NCBI GenBank assembly: GCA_963734495.1
Contig: CAVTHK010000003.1
Location: 32,001 to 96,000 of the forward strand
DNA: 64,000 bases
Direction: 5' to 3'
DNA from: an uncultured Spirochaetota bacterium
GTDB lineage: Bacteria > Spirochaetota > Spirochaetia > SZUA-6 > CAVTHK01
The translations under genes were made by a program, and so were the position numbers. Positions 8,445 to 26,801 of the stretch are shown piece by piece. The notes beneath the pieces are model-generated. The model was not told where the DNA came from and searched no databases. It saw only the letters and a list, made by a program, of their open reading frames with translations. How positions within the stretch are numbered: the stretch's first letter is position 1; the number at the start of each line of letters is the position of its first letter.

Positions 8445-8636
8445 ATGAATATAAAAGGATATTTTCAGGAATCATACACAGAACTCATGCACAAGGTAAC
8501 CTGGCCTACATGGAGCGAGCTTCAGAACAGCGCTGTTCTGGTTATGGTGGCTTCTCTGATCTTTGCTCTTATTGTAGCAGGCATGGATTTTATCTTTAGC
8601 AGGGCAATGCAATTTATTTACAGTTTGTTATACTAA
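8445..8636 (+). CDS. secE: Preprotein translocase SecE
   Basis: ELMHKVTWPTWSEL followed by one TM helix. Confidence 0.96.
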   Translation: MNIKGYFQESYTELMHKVTWPTWSELQNSAVLVMVASLIFALIVAGMDFIFSRAMQFIYSLLY

Positions 8637-8651
8637 CAGGAGAAGATTGCA

Positions 8652-9201
8652 ATGAGTGAGAATATAAAAAGGTGGTATGTGCTTAAGAGCTATCGGCGGG
8701 AAGGAAAAAAAGGTAAAGGAATATATCGATAGTGAAGTTGCACGCCTTAAACTTGAGGAGTATGTCTCACAGGTTCTTATCCCTACCGAAAAGGTTTATC
8801 AGATAAGGGCAGGCAAAAAAATAAGCAAGGAAAGAACATTCTTTCCCGGCTATGTTCTTGTAGAAGCTGTCCTTGTAGGAGAGATTCCGCATCTTCTCAG
8901 AAATGTTCCGAATGTTATCGGATTTCTGGGATCGCAGGATGGAGAACCGGTACCGCTCAGAAAGCCTGAGATAAACCGTATTCTCGGAAAAGTTGATGAG
9001 CTGAATGCAAGCGATGAGGAGCTGAATGTCCCATTCTTCGTAGGCGAATCGGTGAAAGTTATAGATGGTCCGTTCAACAGTTTTACAGGAATAATTGAAG
9101 AGGTGAATGATGAAAAGAAAAAGCTCAAGGTGATGGTTAAGATTTTCGGCAGAAAAACACCTCTTGAGCTTAGTTTTATGCAGGTGGAAAAAGAGAATTA
9201 A
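8652..9201 (+). CDS. nusG: Transcription factor NusG (+1 error near 8683)
   Basis: [11 protein letters not shown] from ATG 8652; FPGYVLV and [14 protein letters not shown]. Confidence 0.96.
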
Positions 9202-9284
9202 CAGAAGATATTGATAGTTGTAATATTCATAATGCTTCCTGAATAACTATCAAGCTCTCGCAATAAATAAGCAAATTTAAAATT

Positions 9285-9725
9285 ATGGCAAAAGAAGTTG
9301 CTGGACTAATCAAGTTACAGATTCGTGGCGGAGGAGCCAATCCATCTCCACCTGTAGGACCCGCACTGGGTTCGAAAGGTGTGAATATTATGGATTTCTG
9401 TAAGCAATTTAATGCGAGGACTCAGGACAAGGCTGGAAAAGTAATACCGGTTGTTATTACGGTTTATGCAGATAAATCGTTCGATTTTGTTACAAAAACA
9501 CCACCGGTTGCCGTACAGCTTCTTGAGGTTGCTAAAGCTAAGAAAGGTTCTCAGGAACCTAACAGAGACAAGGTAGCATCTATTTCCTGGGACCAGGTCA
9601 AAACAATTGCTGCAGATAAAATGGAGGACCTGAACTGTTTTACAGTTGAGTCCGCTATGCGAATGGTAGCTGGAACAGCCAGAAGTATGGGAATCACCGT
9701 CAGAGGAGAATTCCCGGTAAAATAA
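9285..9725 (+). CDS. rplK: 50S ribosomal protein L11
   Basis: [19 protein letters not shown]. Confidence 0.99.
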   Translation: MAKEVAGLIKLQIRGGGANPSPPVGPALGSKGVNIMDFCKQFNARTQDKAGKVIPVVITVYADKSFDFVTKTPPVAVQLLEVAKAKKGSQEPNRDKVASISWDQVKTIAADKMEDLNCFTVESAMRMVAGTARSMGITVRGEFPVK

Positions 9726-9741
9726 TTAATTAGGAGAAAAA

Positions 9742-10437
9742 ATGACTAAACTTACCAAAAACCAGAAGTCTGCTCTTGAAAAACTCGACAAGGACAGGCT
9801 TTATACATTGAAAGAGGCTTCCTCTCTGGTTAAGGATATGACCAAAACCAAATTTGATGCTTCTGTCGATTTAGATGTAAGGTTAGGAATAGATCCAAGG
9901 AAATCCAATCAGATGGTTCGCGGCGTTGTATCACTTCCTCATGGAACAGGTAAAGAGACACGTGTACTCGTTCTCTGCACCCCCGATAAGGAGGCTGAAG
10001 CAAAGGAAGCCGGAGCCGATTTCGTTGGTCTTGACGATTTTGTCGAAAAGATCAAGGGCGGTTGGACAGATATGGATGTTATTATAACCATGCCATCTGT
10101 TATGGGAAAGGTCGGTCAGTTAGGTCGGATACTCGGTCCGCGCGGACTGATGCCGAACCCGAAAAGTGGTACTGTTACCATGGAAATTGGTAAGGCTGTT
10201 AAAGAAGTGAAGCAGGGTAAGATTGATTTCAAGGTTGATAAAACAGGAATCATTCACGCCTCTATCGGAAAAGTCTCATTTGAGCCTCAGAAGATCGTCG
10301 AAAATGCCAGGGAGTTTATCTCTATTGTAAACAAACTTAAACCGGCTGCTGCAAAAGGAACCTACATCCGTAGCGTATTCCTTTCAAGCACTATGAGTCC
10401 GGGAGTTAAGATCGATCCAAAAGGTCTTGATGATTAA
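9742..10437 (+). CDS. rplA: 50S ribosomal protein L1
   Basis: [21 protein letters not shown]. Confidence 0.99.
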   Translation: MTKLTKNQKSALEKLDKDRLYTLKEASSLVKDMTKTKFDASVDLDVRLGIDPRKSNQMVRGVVSLPHGTGKETRVLVLCTPDKEAEAKEAGADFVGLDDFVEKIKGGWTDMDVIITMPSVMGKVGQLGRILGPRGLMPNPKSGTVTMEIGKAVKEVKQGKIDFKVDKTGIIHASIGKVSFEPQKIVENAREFISIVNKLKPAAAKGTYIRSVFLSSTMSPGVKIDPKGLDD

Positions 10438-10465
10438 TTAGTTATGTTAAATACTTGAAAGAAAA

Positions 10466-10988
10466 ATGAGACGGGAAGAAAAAAATGCTATCATAGACAG
10501 CCTTGCTGAGAGATTCAAAGAGTACAGTCACTTTTATCTGACTGATACTGCTCAGCTTAATGCAGCTGATACAAGTGACCTGAGAAGAAAATGCTTTGAC
10601 AACGATATTAAACTTGTCGTTGTAAAAAACACCCTCCTCAAAAGAGCACTTGAGCAGTCTGAAGTGAACTTTGAAGAACTTTATCCGGTTCTTAAAGGTA
10701 CTACGTCCATCATGTTTACACAATCCGGAAATTCTCCTGCAAAGCTTATTAAGGAATTCCGCAGAAAACATGATAAACCTGTGCTTAAAGGCGCATACGT
10801 TCAGGAATCAGTGTATGTCGGCGATAATATGCTCGACTGCACTTATTTCAGTGAAAACTAAACAGGAACTCATAGGAGATGTTATCATGCTCCTGCAGTC
10901 ACCTGCCAAAAACGTTATTTCAGCCCTGCAATCAGGTGGAACTAAAATTCATGGTGTTCTTGAAACACTATCAAAAAGAGAAGAATAA
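10466..10988 (+). CDS. rplJ: 50S ribosomal protein L10 (+1 error ~10838)
   Basis: VVKNTLLKRAL; C-terminus ELIGDVIMLLQSPAKNVISALQS in the second frame. Confidence 0.96.
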
Positions 10989-11019
10989 TTAAAGTATAAT
11001 CAATTAAAAATCAATAAAA

Positions 11020-11397
11020 ATGGCAGATCTTAAGAAATTTGCAGAAGAACTTGTTAACCTGTCTGTAAAAGAAGTAAACGAACTGGCTAAAATACTTAAA
11101 GATGAGTATGGCATCGAACCTGCAGCCGCAGCTGTTGCTGTTGCCGGACCAGCTGCAAGTAGCGAAGCTGCTGCTGTTGAAGAAAAATCATCATTCGACG
11201 TTATCCTCAAGGCAGCTGGCGGACAGAAATTACAGATTGTTAAACTCGTGAAAGATATCACCGGACTCGGACTGAAAGAAGCCAAGGCAGTAGTTGATGC
11301 TGCTCCTTCTCCGGTTAAGGAAGGTGTTTCAAAAGATGAAGCTGAAGCAATAAAAAGTCAATTAGTAGAAGCAGGAGCTGAAGTTGAACTTAAATAA
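11020..11397 (+). CDS. rplL: 50S ribosomal protein L7/L12
   Basis: [19 protein letters not shown]. Confidence 0.99.
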   Translation: MADLKKFAEELVNLSVKEVNELAKILKDEYGIEPAAAAVAVAGPAASSEAAAVEEKSSFDVILKAAGGQKLQIVKLVKDITGLGLKEAKAVVDAAPSPVKEGVSKDEAEAIKSQLVEAGAEVELK

Positions 11398-11420
11398 GTT
11401 ATACCTGATTGCTGGGTTAT

Positions 11421-11457
11421 AGGTTTAGTCCCGATTTCACGGGACTAAGCCTTTTTG
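11421..11457 (+). terminator. Intrinsic terminator/attenuator between rplL and rpoB
   Basis: AGGTTTAGTCCCG-ATTTCA-CGGGACTAAGCCT followed by a T-run. Confidence 0.8.
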
Positions 11458-11493
11458 TTCTTTAAATTATAAGTTCACTTAATCTTTTAATAA

Positions 11494-18379
<6,886 letters not shown>

Positions 18380-20795
18380 TGTCGATCGCGTGGAGTTTCC
18401 TGAAGGAGTCGAGGATCTGGAACATCAGGCTTTCGAAGTCGGCGCCGGCCTCGGCGCACTGTCGGCGCAGCGCGACCCATCGGTCGTCCTTGACCCGCTC
18501 TTCCCACTTCTCGTAGGAGATCCGCACGAGACCGCACGCCTCCAGCCCCGGCAGGTTGACACGCCAGGCGTTACCCAGGTCGGAGAGGAGGAGGTATTTC
18601 AGGAGGGTCTTCATGATCTCCTGGAGCGATCTGACGCGGGAATCGAACACCTCTCCGGACTCGGGGATCACCGCATAGTCCGCCAACTTCAGCCCGAGAC
18701 GATCGAAGACTTCGGACTCGACCATGGAGAAGGGGATGGGCCCCTTCTCCCGCAACGCCTTCACGAGGGCGGCTCGGAGTCGGACGGTTGAGATGAAGTC
18801 GTTGAAATGTCCCGACTGCAGGGAGGAATCCTGGCGGTTGTCGGAGAAGCTGAGGAGCTTGGTGTCCTTGTCGGCGAAGCCGAGCCCTTTCATGGCGTCC
18901 AGAATGGCAAGGGAGATGACGGTGGTGGTGGTGGACCTCCCCTCGAGCCCGATGCGGGAGAGTTTGGCGAACTCGCTGGTCTGATGGTGGTAGAGGTCGC
19001 CACTCGTGGGGTCATAGATGAACTTCACGGGGAGGTACCACCCCTTGAGGCCACTGCCCGTGTCAGTGGCGAATCCGTCCCGATACGCGCCGTCGACGAA
19101 GTAGGTAATCTCGGAAGGGAACTTGCCCGAGGTACTCCTTTTTCAGCGTGAGAACACCACCGACCTCGCGCGTGTACTCCGCCGGCAGATTGGCGAGGTC
19201 CTCGTCGGGCCTGCCATGCGTGCTCGTCGCAGAGAAGGTACCCGTACTCGCGACTGTCTTTCTCCTCCTCGGGGAGGCTGTCGTCGCTGAAATCCCGCGC
19301 CTCGAGTCTGCCCTCCGCAAGGTTCTTCTTGACGCAGAGGAACGGCTTTCCCGAGGAGCGGTTGAAAACCACGGGGTACAAAGGATATGTCGTTTCCGCG
19401 ATTGTTCGGGACGGGACCGCCGTCAAAGTCGATCAGCCTCTCGCTTCCCCGGTGGAGAGACACCGAGAGAGAGGCGGTCTGCGCGATGAACTGGTGGAGC
19501 TTGAAGGGCAGGACGAATGCAGGCCGGGAGGTCGGGTCGGTGTGTTCCCTCGCAATCCTCTCGTTCACCGCGGCAATCCGAGTGAACAGGGATTCGAGCG
19601 ACGCGCGACATGCGGTCTCATTCCGGCCCGACGCCTCCCGAAGGAGCAAGCACATCTCGCTCGCGGTCCTGGCAGGTCCGCGCTGATAGCCGCTACCATC
19701 CGGCGTCAGGGCCACCACACGCTCGACCCACCGAAAGAGGGGGGCGGCGCACAGCTCCTCCGCGCTTGCCGCGGCCGTCGGTGTGTCGATAGCCGCCGCG
19801 AGCTCCTCGGACCCGGGGTTCGGATGGCGGACCGAGATGGCCGTCAGCGATTCCTCGATCACCTGAGCCGGCGTAAAGCGGTCACCGAAGAAGGTTGTTG
19901 CCACTTCGGCGACACGGGTCTTGCGATCCGCCGAGGTCGCGCCGCCGGTCATCGTGGCCGATGTTCCGATGCAGACGATCGGATGCGCGCACTCCGCCTT
20001 GATCCGGCGGATGAGCAGCGCGACGTCCGCGCCCTGCCGACCTCGGAAGGTGTGAAGCTCGTCGAATGCGATGAACTTCAGATTCTTGAAGATAGCTTCC
20101 CTGATATCGGAGTCTCTCTGCCGAGTCAGGATCAGCTCGAGCATCATGTAGTTGGTGAGGAGGACATGGGGAGGCGCGTTCCGCATGGTGTCCCGCTTGT
20201 CCTCCTCCTCCTGCCCGGTGTACTGGCCGAATGAGAAGGGGAAATCCCGATGCGTACTCGCCTTATAGCGCTCCGCGTACTTTTCGATCTCACCCGTCTG
20301 CGAATTGATGAGCGCATTCATGGGATAGCAGACAAGACCGACGACGCCCGGGCCGGGGTGTCGCAGTATCTCGTTGAAGATCGTGCCGAAGAACGTGAGC
20401 GACTTGCCCGAGCCCGTGCCCGAGGTCACGACGAAACCTTTGCCGGCAGCCCCCAGGCGAAGCGCTTCCTCCTGGTGTCGGTGCAACGTAAACCCCGAGA
20501 AGACAGATGCCATTGCGGGCTCAAGAACCCCCTCGGTCACCAGGGACTCGATGCGTGCGCCGGGTTCATACGACGGATTGAACTGGATCAAGGGCTCGGG
20601 CCACATCGTCTTGAGCCTGCCCTCATCCTGCAAGGCAGCTTCGATCTGAGGGTCGTCGATGTCGATGAAGCTACGGGAGAACGACTGGTACCGGTCCATC
20701 ACGTCCCGGTGGAACCGGAAGACGTCGGTTGTTGGAGTCACGGCCGGATTCTCCTTTGGCGCCACATCAGCTTCGTTCACTGCCCGTCCGGGCAT
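18380..20795 (-). CDS. Large SF2 DEAD/DEAH-box helicase (MrfA/DUF1998/DruE-like family), frameshifted and 3' truncated at the junction
   Basis: [59 protein letters not shown]; spread over ORFs 19143-20795, 19025-19426, 19063-19320 and 18240-19028. Confidence 0.85.
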
Positions 20796-20803
20796 GGCGC
20801 GAC

Positions 20804-22531
20804 CTATGCCCCTCCCTTTCTCACGACGAATTCGTTCATCTTCGCCGATAGAGCCGCACGTCGGGTCTTGAGAAACTCGCGATACGCGTCAATGTTCCAG
20901 AAAGAGGGATCCACGGGGACCGCCTGCGATTCGAGCGCACCGGCGCCCTGCGTGTCGATGATCGCGGGGATGTATTCCGCAGGGCTCTTGTTGCTGATCC
21001 GCCGGTTAGTCTGTCCCGTAATGAAAGCCATGTTGGCGATCTCGTTTATCTCGCCGGTCTCAAAACCTTTGTCCTTCAGGATAGACTTGGGGAAGATGTG
21101 ATGCCACTGTATGAAGTGAAGCCGCCCCTGGTGCGTAAGGGACAGACCAAGACCGCTGAACCAGTCGCGAGCACCAGCATCTTTGAGTGCCAGGTACGCC
21201 AGAGAGAACAGAGGACTATTCGCGCCACGCGAAGCAAGGTCTTCTGGCTCTATCGTCAGGCGCCCAAACTGCCTCTTGAGCGGTTCCATCAGCGACTCAA
21301 CCGACCCGGACCGGAACACTATCGAAAGATCCTCGTTGAGGAGCGTCTCGCTGGAGCCGCGAGAATAACGTCCGCGTGCGTTTGCGACGAGTAGCCAATG
21401 CATCAAGGCCTGCTGCTCCGCCTGACTCAGCTTGTTGTCTTTTTCCCTGCTCACCGCCGCCAGCAAGACGATGAAGAACGGTGAAGACAACAGCGACTCG
21501 TCTTCAATTCCAGCGTTGGTTCTCAGGAAATTGATCGCAAAGCGCAGGCCTTCTCTTGCCTCAGTCCACCCATCCTTGAGCCTGGATATCGGAGTAGAGC
21601 CGACTGTGCGAAAGAGGCACTGATGAGTCGCCTGCACTACCATGGATCTCACCAAGAGACCGAAGTCCAGGGTGAACCAGCTCTGCTCGCATTCCTCCTG
21701 AAAGGCCTCGAAATCCGCAAGCAGATTCGGCCACCGGGACGTTATTTGGGCTAGCGCGAGGTCTGACGACCTGAGTTTTGCCCCAAGTGAGTTCACTCGG
21801 ACAAAGATCTCGGTGACCTCCTCGTAGCTCATCGATCGCTCGAGCACGTGGACCACGTAGGTGTAGTCCTTGATCTGCCTCAGCCTGTTCAACCGCTGCG
21901 TGTATTTCTCGTATCGAGGGTCATCGAAAGTCGTGACGCCTGCTTTGCGGAGGAACTCTGAGTCGCTCGCGCTCTTGAACACTCGGCTTACCGAAACCCA
22001 CTTCGGAGACGCGGCTATGCTCTTGCTCGCGACTATGAAAGTTCTCGATGAAAAGCGTGCCGCCACGTCAACTTCGTTTTCGCCGTTTTCTTCCTCGTCG
22101 TCCGCAATTTCGTCCTCCGACAAGGTCGGCGAATCATCGTCCGTCTCCACCTCCGCGACTTCAACAGGAGGGCCATCCGGGTGGTCAAGGTTGAACAGAA
22201 TGTCGATCGGTTTCTTGCGACGCCGAACGGTGACGTGCTCTCCGTTGATTACCGCGGTCAAGGATGTCAGGCGCTGCTGACCGTCCAACAGGAGCTTCCG
22301 ACCGACAAAGGCGTTCGTGTCCTGAGCGACGGCCGAATCTCGAGTGGGGATTGGCTCGTCGGTTTCCCACATGAGAATCGAGCCACTTGGGTAGCCGCGG
22401 TAGAGAGAATCCAGCAGGTCCCGCACCCTCGTGGAGCGCCACACGAAATGCCGTTGTATCTCGGGCAGCCGCAACTCGCCTCGCTTGTACATGTCAACCA
22501 GAGTGCTGATTGGGATGTTTTGCTGCTGCAA
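20804..22531 (-). CDS. DUF262 (ParB-like NTPase) plus C-terminal HNH-type nuclease, GmrSD/SspE-like
   Basis: LPEIQRHFVW, LLDSLYRGYPSG, LLDGQQRLT, IFVRVNSLG; C-terminal HHIFPK..IANM..N..ISNKSP; GGAGG 8 nt before TTG 22531. Confidence 0.9.
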   Translation of the reverse strand: MQQQNIPISTLVDMYKRGELRLPEIQRHFVWRSTRVRDLLDSLYRGYPSGSILMWETDEPIPTRDSAVAQDTNAFVGRKLLLDGQQRLTSLTAVINGEHVTVRRRKKPIDILFNLDHPDGPPVEVAEVETDDDSPTLSEDEIADDEEENGENEVDVAARFSSRTFIVASKSIAASPKWVSVSRVFKSASDSEFLRKAGVTTFDDPRYEKYTQRLNRLRQIKDYTYVVHVLERSMSYEEVTEIFVRVNSLGAKLRSSDLALAQITSRWPNLLADFEAFQEECEQSWFTLDFGLLVRSMVVQATHQCLFRTVGSTPISRLKDGWTEAREGLRFAINFLRTNAGIEDESLLSSPFFIVLLAAVSREKDNKLSQAEQQALMHWLLVANARGRYSRGSSETLLNEDLSIVFRSGSVESLMEPLKRQFGRLTIEPEDLASRGANSPLFSLAYLALKDAGARDWFSGLGLSLTHQGRLHFIQWHHIFPKSILKDKGFETGEINEIANMAFITGQTNRRISNKSPAEYIPAIIDTQGAGALESQAVPVDPSFWNIDAYREFLKTRRAALSAKMNEFVVRKGGA

Positions 22532-23051
22532 CTTGTTCGCCTCCGGAGCTGGATTCCTCCCCACGGCCTGCAACGAAATAGTTTCGGGTTCACGGGGTTG
22601 TGATCCGATACCCGACAGAACTGCTGAAGTAGAATAGACCAGCTTCCTCCAACCTGCAAGAATATCAGCTCGCGGACGCCGCCGAGCGCCAATCCATCGT
22701 TGGTCTGGCCACCTTTACCCAGTTTCCTCCGAGCGATCCCGAAACACCATCGCAGTCCGAGGCTCCGCGGCGCCCACTCCCCGTACTGGCTCGTTCGGTG
22801 AAGCATTTTTCCGCTCCAGGCCCCTGGACGCCACCTTCAGCGTCTACTTCCACGACAACCTGATGGGCGCCTGGCCTTGCACGACTTTGCCGAGATGATC
22901 AGGAGGCGCTTCGGGGTGGACACGGTGCGCCTTGAGCTTTTCGACGAGGCAGTTGTGTTCCGCAGCCGTGCGGTCCCGGACCTTCTGACAACAAGAGCTC
23001 CGGCCGGAACGCCTGACCCTCCCCCGGAGAGGACCTATAGGGCGCCTCAGA

Positions 23052-23090
23052 GGTTGGGGAGCCCGGGCGTCCTGCCCGGGCTCCCCAACC
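23052..23090. repeat. Perfect 17-bp inverted repeat
   Basis: GGTTGGGGAGCCCGGGC-GTCCT-GCCCGGGCTCCCCAACC. Confidence 0.85.
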
Positions 23091-23332
23091 AAAGGACTCG
23101 CGAGCGTGGGACACATGGAGGTGGCCCACGCGTCTGCCTGGGGCGGGATGCCCCGTGTGCGGCGGGCGCCTACCGCCGAAGGGCCAGCCGCTTGCGGAAG
23201 GCGCTGTGCCGAAGGCACACGCCGCGCTCGGTGAGGGCTCCCTGCGGCCGTCGGCACCATCGGCACCGGCGTTGACCTGGGGTTACTGCATGATATCCTC
23301 GGCATCGAAGGCTTGACCTGCAAGGAGCGATA

Positions 23333-23631
23333 GTGGGCCGGCAATCATAACGACTTTCGGGCTCTTGTGGGACAACAGGTTGGTGTTCTGGAAGGGCAAG
23401 AAGGGACCTGGCGGTGCGCCATTTCAGTTGCTGGGCTCAACACGGCCGAATGGCAAAGCGGACGGTGCCGTAGATTTCTATGGACAGATCGGATTCTATG
23501 CGCTCTACGATGACAACTACAACATCGTCTATGCTGGTCAGGCCGGGGGAGCGAACCACAAACATAGTAGTCGTCTTCGCAACCATGTGACAGACGTGCT
23601 CATGGGTCGTAGGGTGGGTCCCACCTGCTAA
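23333..23631 (+). pseudogene. Truncated GIY-YIG nuclease-like gene
   Basis: IITTFGLLW...VDFYGQIGFYALYDDNYNIVYAGQAG..SRLRNH = G(I/F)Y-x-Y(A)G plus R..H; ends abruptly; RBS AAGGAG before GTG 23333 (out of frame by one). Confidence 0.6.
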
Positions 23632-24180
23632 GAGCATCCTCGGGGCTGATGGGGTCGAAGAGGTGATCCGTTGGCGACCGCGCGCCACCCGCCTGACTGC
23701 GATGCTACAGGTCGGTCGGCGGCGAACTGGCTGTCCCGCAGATGGTAGGTACCGCACACAAGGTGGAGGCTGGGTTTGGTGTGCGCTCAGGCTCGCATAC
23801 GGGCGTCATGGACACGACGTCGGCCGGCGTACTCGCGTAGCGAGCCCAGGCGAAGTAGTCCGGAATGCCGCGTGCAGCCATCGTTTTCCTCCCGCTCCTG
23901 CTACTGGCTCGGCCGTCGCCAAAGTGCCGAAGTACGGGGCCGGCGGCCGGCGCGCGTGAGCGGGCGCAGGGGCCGCGAGGCCTGGCGTACTCGCCAGGCC
24001 CCCACGGGTCCGAGGCGCCGGGCCCAGAAAAGCCATCGGTCGCCACAGGGCGGCGCCGAGGACGGAACCCCCGAAGCACGCGACCCCGAGCCCGTGCGGG
24101 GCAGTCTCGCCGCCACAGGCGCACCTCGCTCGGCCTGCAACACAGGCCAGCTCGGGGGCACGCCCAATCCGTGAAGACGC

Positions 24181-24209
24181 AAAAAAGCCCTCGCCGCGCG
24201 GCGAGGGCT
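24181..24209 (-). terminator. Intrinsic terminator for 24233-24718
   Basis: Minus strand AGCCCTCGCC-GCGC-GGCGAGGGCT followed by a T-run. Confidence 0.85.
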
Positions 24210-24232
24210 CGCATGGCGCGACGGGAGCCCGC

Positions 24233-24718
24233 CTACATCCAGAGCAGCACCTGCGCTCCGAGTATGCCGGAACTGGTAGTAAGGTCGAAGCCCGTGAAGT
24301 CCATGATGTAGCTCAACCCCACCGAGAGCTTGCCGAGCTTGACGTCGGCGCTGAGCTTGGCGTTCAGGCCGGCCTGCAGCGGGCTGCTCTCGCCGAAGTT
24401 GTACACGAAGTTGGGGCCGACCCCCGCGGACAGCCGCAGGAGCGGGAGGTCGAGCGCGACGCCACCGTCGAGGTAGATGTTCAGGCTCTGGACATCGCCG
24501 GCCGCGTACATGACGAGGGCCTCGCCCTGGAAGAGGCTCAGCTTGAGCCTCGCGTCGCCGCCGAACGTGAACTGGTTCACGTTGAGGTCATCCTTGCTCA
24601 CGCTCTGGCCCAGAAGGTACGGCGACTTCATCATGGCCGCGCCGCCGATGCCGAGCTCCGCGAACGCCGCCGCCGGCAGCAGGGCGATGAGGACGCCGAT
24701 CAGGAGCGCTTTCTTCAT
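24233..24718 (-). CDS. Exported small protein, probable outer-membrane beta-barrel
   Basis: Signal peptide MKKALL...AAAFA, alternating beta-strand pattern, aromatic near the C-terminus (LLWM). Confidence 0.7.
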   Translation of the reverse strand: MKKALLIGVLIALLPAAAFAELGIGGAAMMKSPYLLGQSVSKDDLNVNQFTFGGDARLKLSLFQGEALVMYAAGDVQSLNIYLDGGVALDLPLLRLSAGVGPNFVYNFGESSPLQAGLNAKLSADVKLGKLSVGLSYIMDFTGFDLTTSSGILGAQVLLWM

Positions 24719-24817
24719 ACCCACCTCTCTCGATGCAATGTAAGCGCGTCTTGTTGACGGCTTCAGTCAGGAATGTAGCACCTTTCCGGGTCCCGACAAC
24801 CCGCCGGCGGCGGCCGG

Positions 24818-25775
24818 TCACGCGAAGAAGCGCGACACCCAGTGGCCGGCGGAAACCTCCCGCAGGCCCGGACGCGGCTGCGCCGCCTCCGCCGCTTCGT
24901 CCGCGGAATCGATCGGCGGCACCGTCGGGTCAGGCGGCTCGCCGAACCGGCCGGCGCCGCGCCCGCGGCTCCCCTTCGCGCCGAGGCGCGGGATGGAGCC
25001 GTAGAGGGCGCGCGTGTACGGGTGCGCGGGAGAGCGCGCGAGCTCGCGCGCGGGCGCCTCCTCGACCAGCAGGCCGCGGTACATGACTCCGACGCGGTCG
25101 CACGCGTAGGAGACCACGTTCAGGTCGTGAGCGATCAGGAGCATCGACAGGCGGTGCTGCCCCTTGAGGTCCGTGAGCAGGTTCAGGATCTGGCCCTGGA
25201 TCGAGACGTCGAGCGACGAGACCACCTCGTCGCAGATGAGGAGCTCGGGCCGCGTGATCAGGGCACGCGCGATGGCGATGCGCTGCCTCTGCCCGCCGGA
25301 GAAGTCCGGGGGCCTGCGCTCCAGGTCGTCCGGGCTGCAGGCCGACCTCCCGCAGGGTCGCGGCCGCCCGCTCGGCGGCCTCCCGCCTGCCCGGCCACAG
25401 GGGCGACCAGCGGTAGCCCGCGGTGAGCACCTCCAGGACGGTCATGCGCGGGTTGAGCGAGCGGGCCGGGTCCTGGAAGACGTAGCGGATCCTCGAGCGC
25501 AGCCGCCGCAGGGCCTCGCCGCGCGCGGCGCGGGCATCGTGCTCGCGGCCTTCGCGGTCGGCATAGCGGATCGCGCCGCCGTCCGCGTCGTACAGCCTTA
25601 CGATCATGCGCGCCGTCGTGGTCTTGCCGCACCCGGATTCGCCGACGAGGCCGTAGGTCTCTCCCGGCAGCACGTCGAAGCTCACTCCGTTGACCGCGTA
25701 GATGAAGCGTCCCGACCGCGCGAAAAAGCCCGCCTCGAGGGCGAAGCGCTTGCGCACGCCGCGGAGCGTCAGCAT
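24818..25775 (-). CDS. Oligopeptide ABC transporter ATP-binding protein (OppF/DppF-like), frameshift ~25335
   Basis: GESGCGKTT, FSGGQRQR, ICDE..SSLDVSIQ, HPYT. Confidence 0.88.
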
Positions 25776-26801
25776 CGGCCCGGCTCCCCGAAGCGGCCGA
25801 GGCGCCCCGGCTTGACGCCCGGAAAGATGCAGGCGTGGGCGTGACCAGGCGCGGCGTCGGGGTCGGACGCCAGGCGGGGCGCCGTCTCCCGGCATCGCGC
25901 CGCGGCAAGCGCGCACCGCGGGGCGAAGGGACAGCCCGCCGGGATGTCGTGCGGGTCCGGGACCGCGCCGGGGATCGTCGCGAGCCTTCGCTCCGAGTAG
26001 TGGTCGCCCGGCCGCAGCAGCGCGTCGAGGAGCGCGCGCGTATAGGGGTGGCGCGGCTTCGCGAGCACCTCCTCGGCCGGCCCGCTCTCGAGCGCGAGCC
26101 CCGCGTACATGACCAGGATGCGGTCGGCGATGCTGCCGACGAGCGCCAGGTTGTGGGAAATGAACAGGATCGCGAGCCCGCGCTTCTCCCGCAGCTCGAG
26201 CAGGAGGTCCACGACCTGCGCCTGGATGGTCACGTCCAGCGCCGTGGTCGGCTCGTCGGCGACGAGCAACCCGCGGACCCGAGGCGAGCGCGAGCGCGAT
26301 CATGACCCGCTGCAGCAGCCCCCCCGAAAGCTGGTGCGGGAAGCTGCCGAGGCGCTCCTCCGCGCGGGGCAAGCGCGCCTCGCGCAGCAGCTCGAGCGAG
26401 CGGGCGCGGACCTCCGCCCGGGAGAGCCCCGGGCTGTGGACCGCGAGCGTTTCTTCGAGCGCGCCGCCGATCGAGGCGATCGGGTCGAACGAGCGGCCGG
26501 GCTCCTGGAAGATGATGCTCACCGCGCCGCCGCGGTAGCGCCGCAGCTCCGCGGGCGTCATCGCCAGCACGTCGCGGCCGCGGTAGCGGATCTCGCCCCC
26601 CGCGATGCGGCCGTTTCCCGGCATCAGGCGCAGCAGCGCGTGCGCGGTCACGCTCTTGCCGGAGCCGCTCTCGCCGACGACGCCGAGCACCTCGGCCTCG
26701 CCGACGGCGAGGTCCAGCCCGCGCACGGCGCGCAGCACGCCGCGCTGCGTCGCGAACTCCACGCGCAGCCCGCGCGCCTCGAGGAGAGGCTCCCGGCTCA
26801 C
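25769..26801 (-). CDS. Oligopeptide ABC transporter ATP-binding protein (OppD/DppD-like), frameshift ~26272
   Basis: GESGSGKS, PHQLSGG, ADEPTTALDVTIQ, HPYT, GCPFAPRC. Confidence 0.88.
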
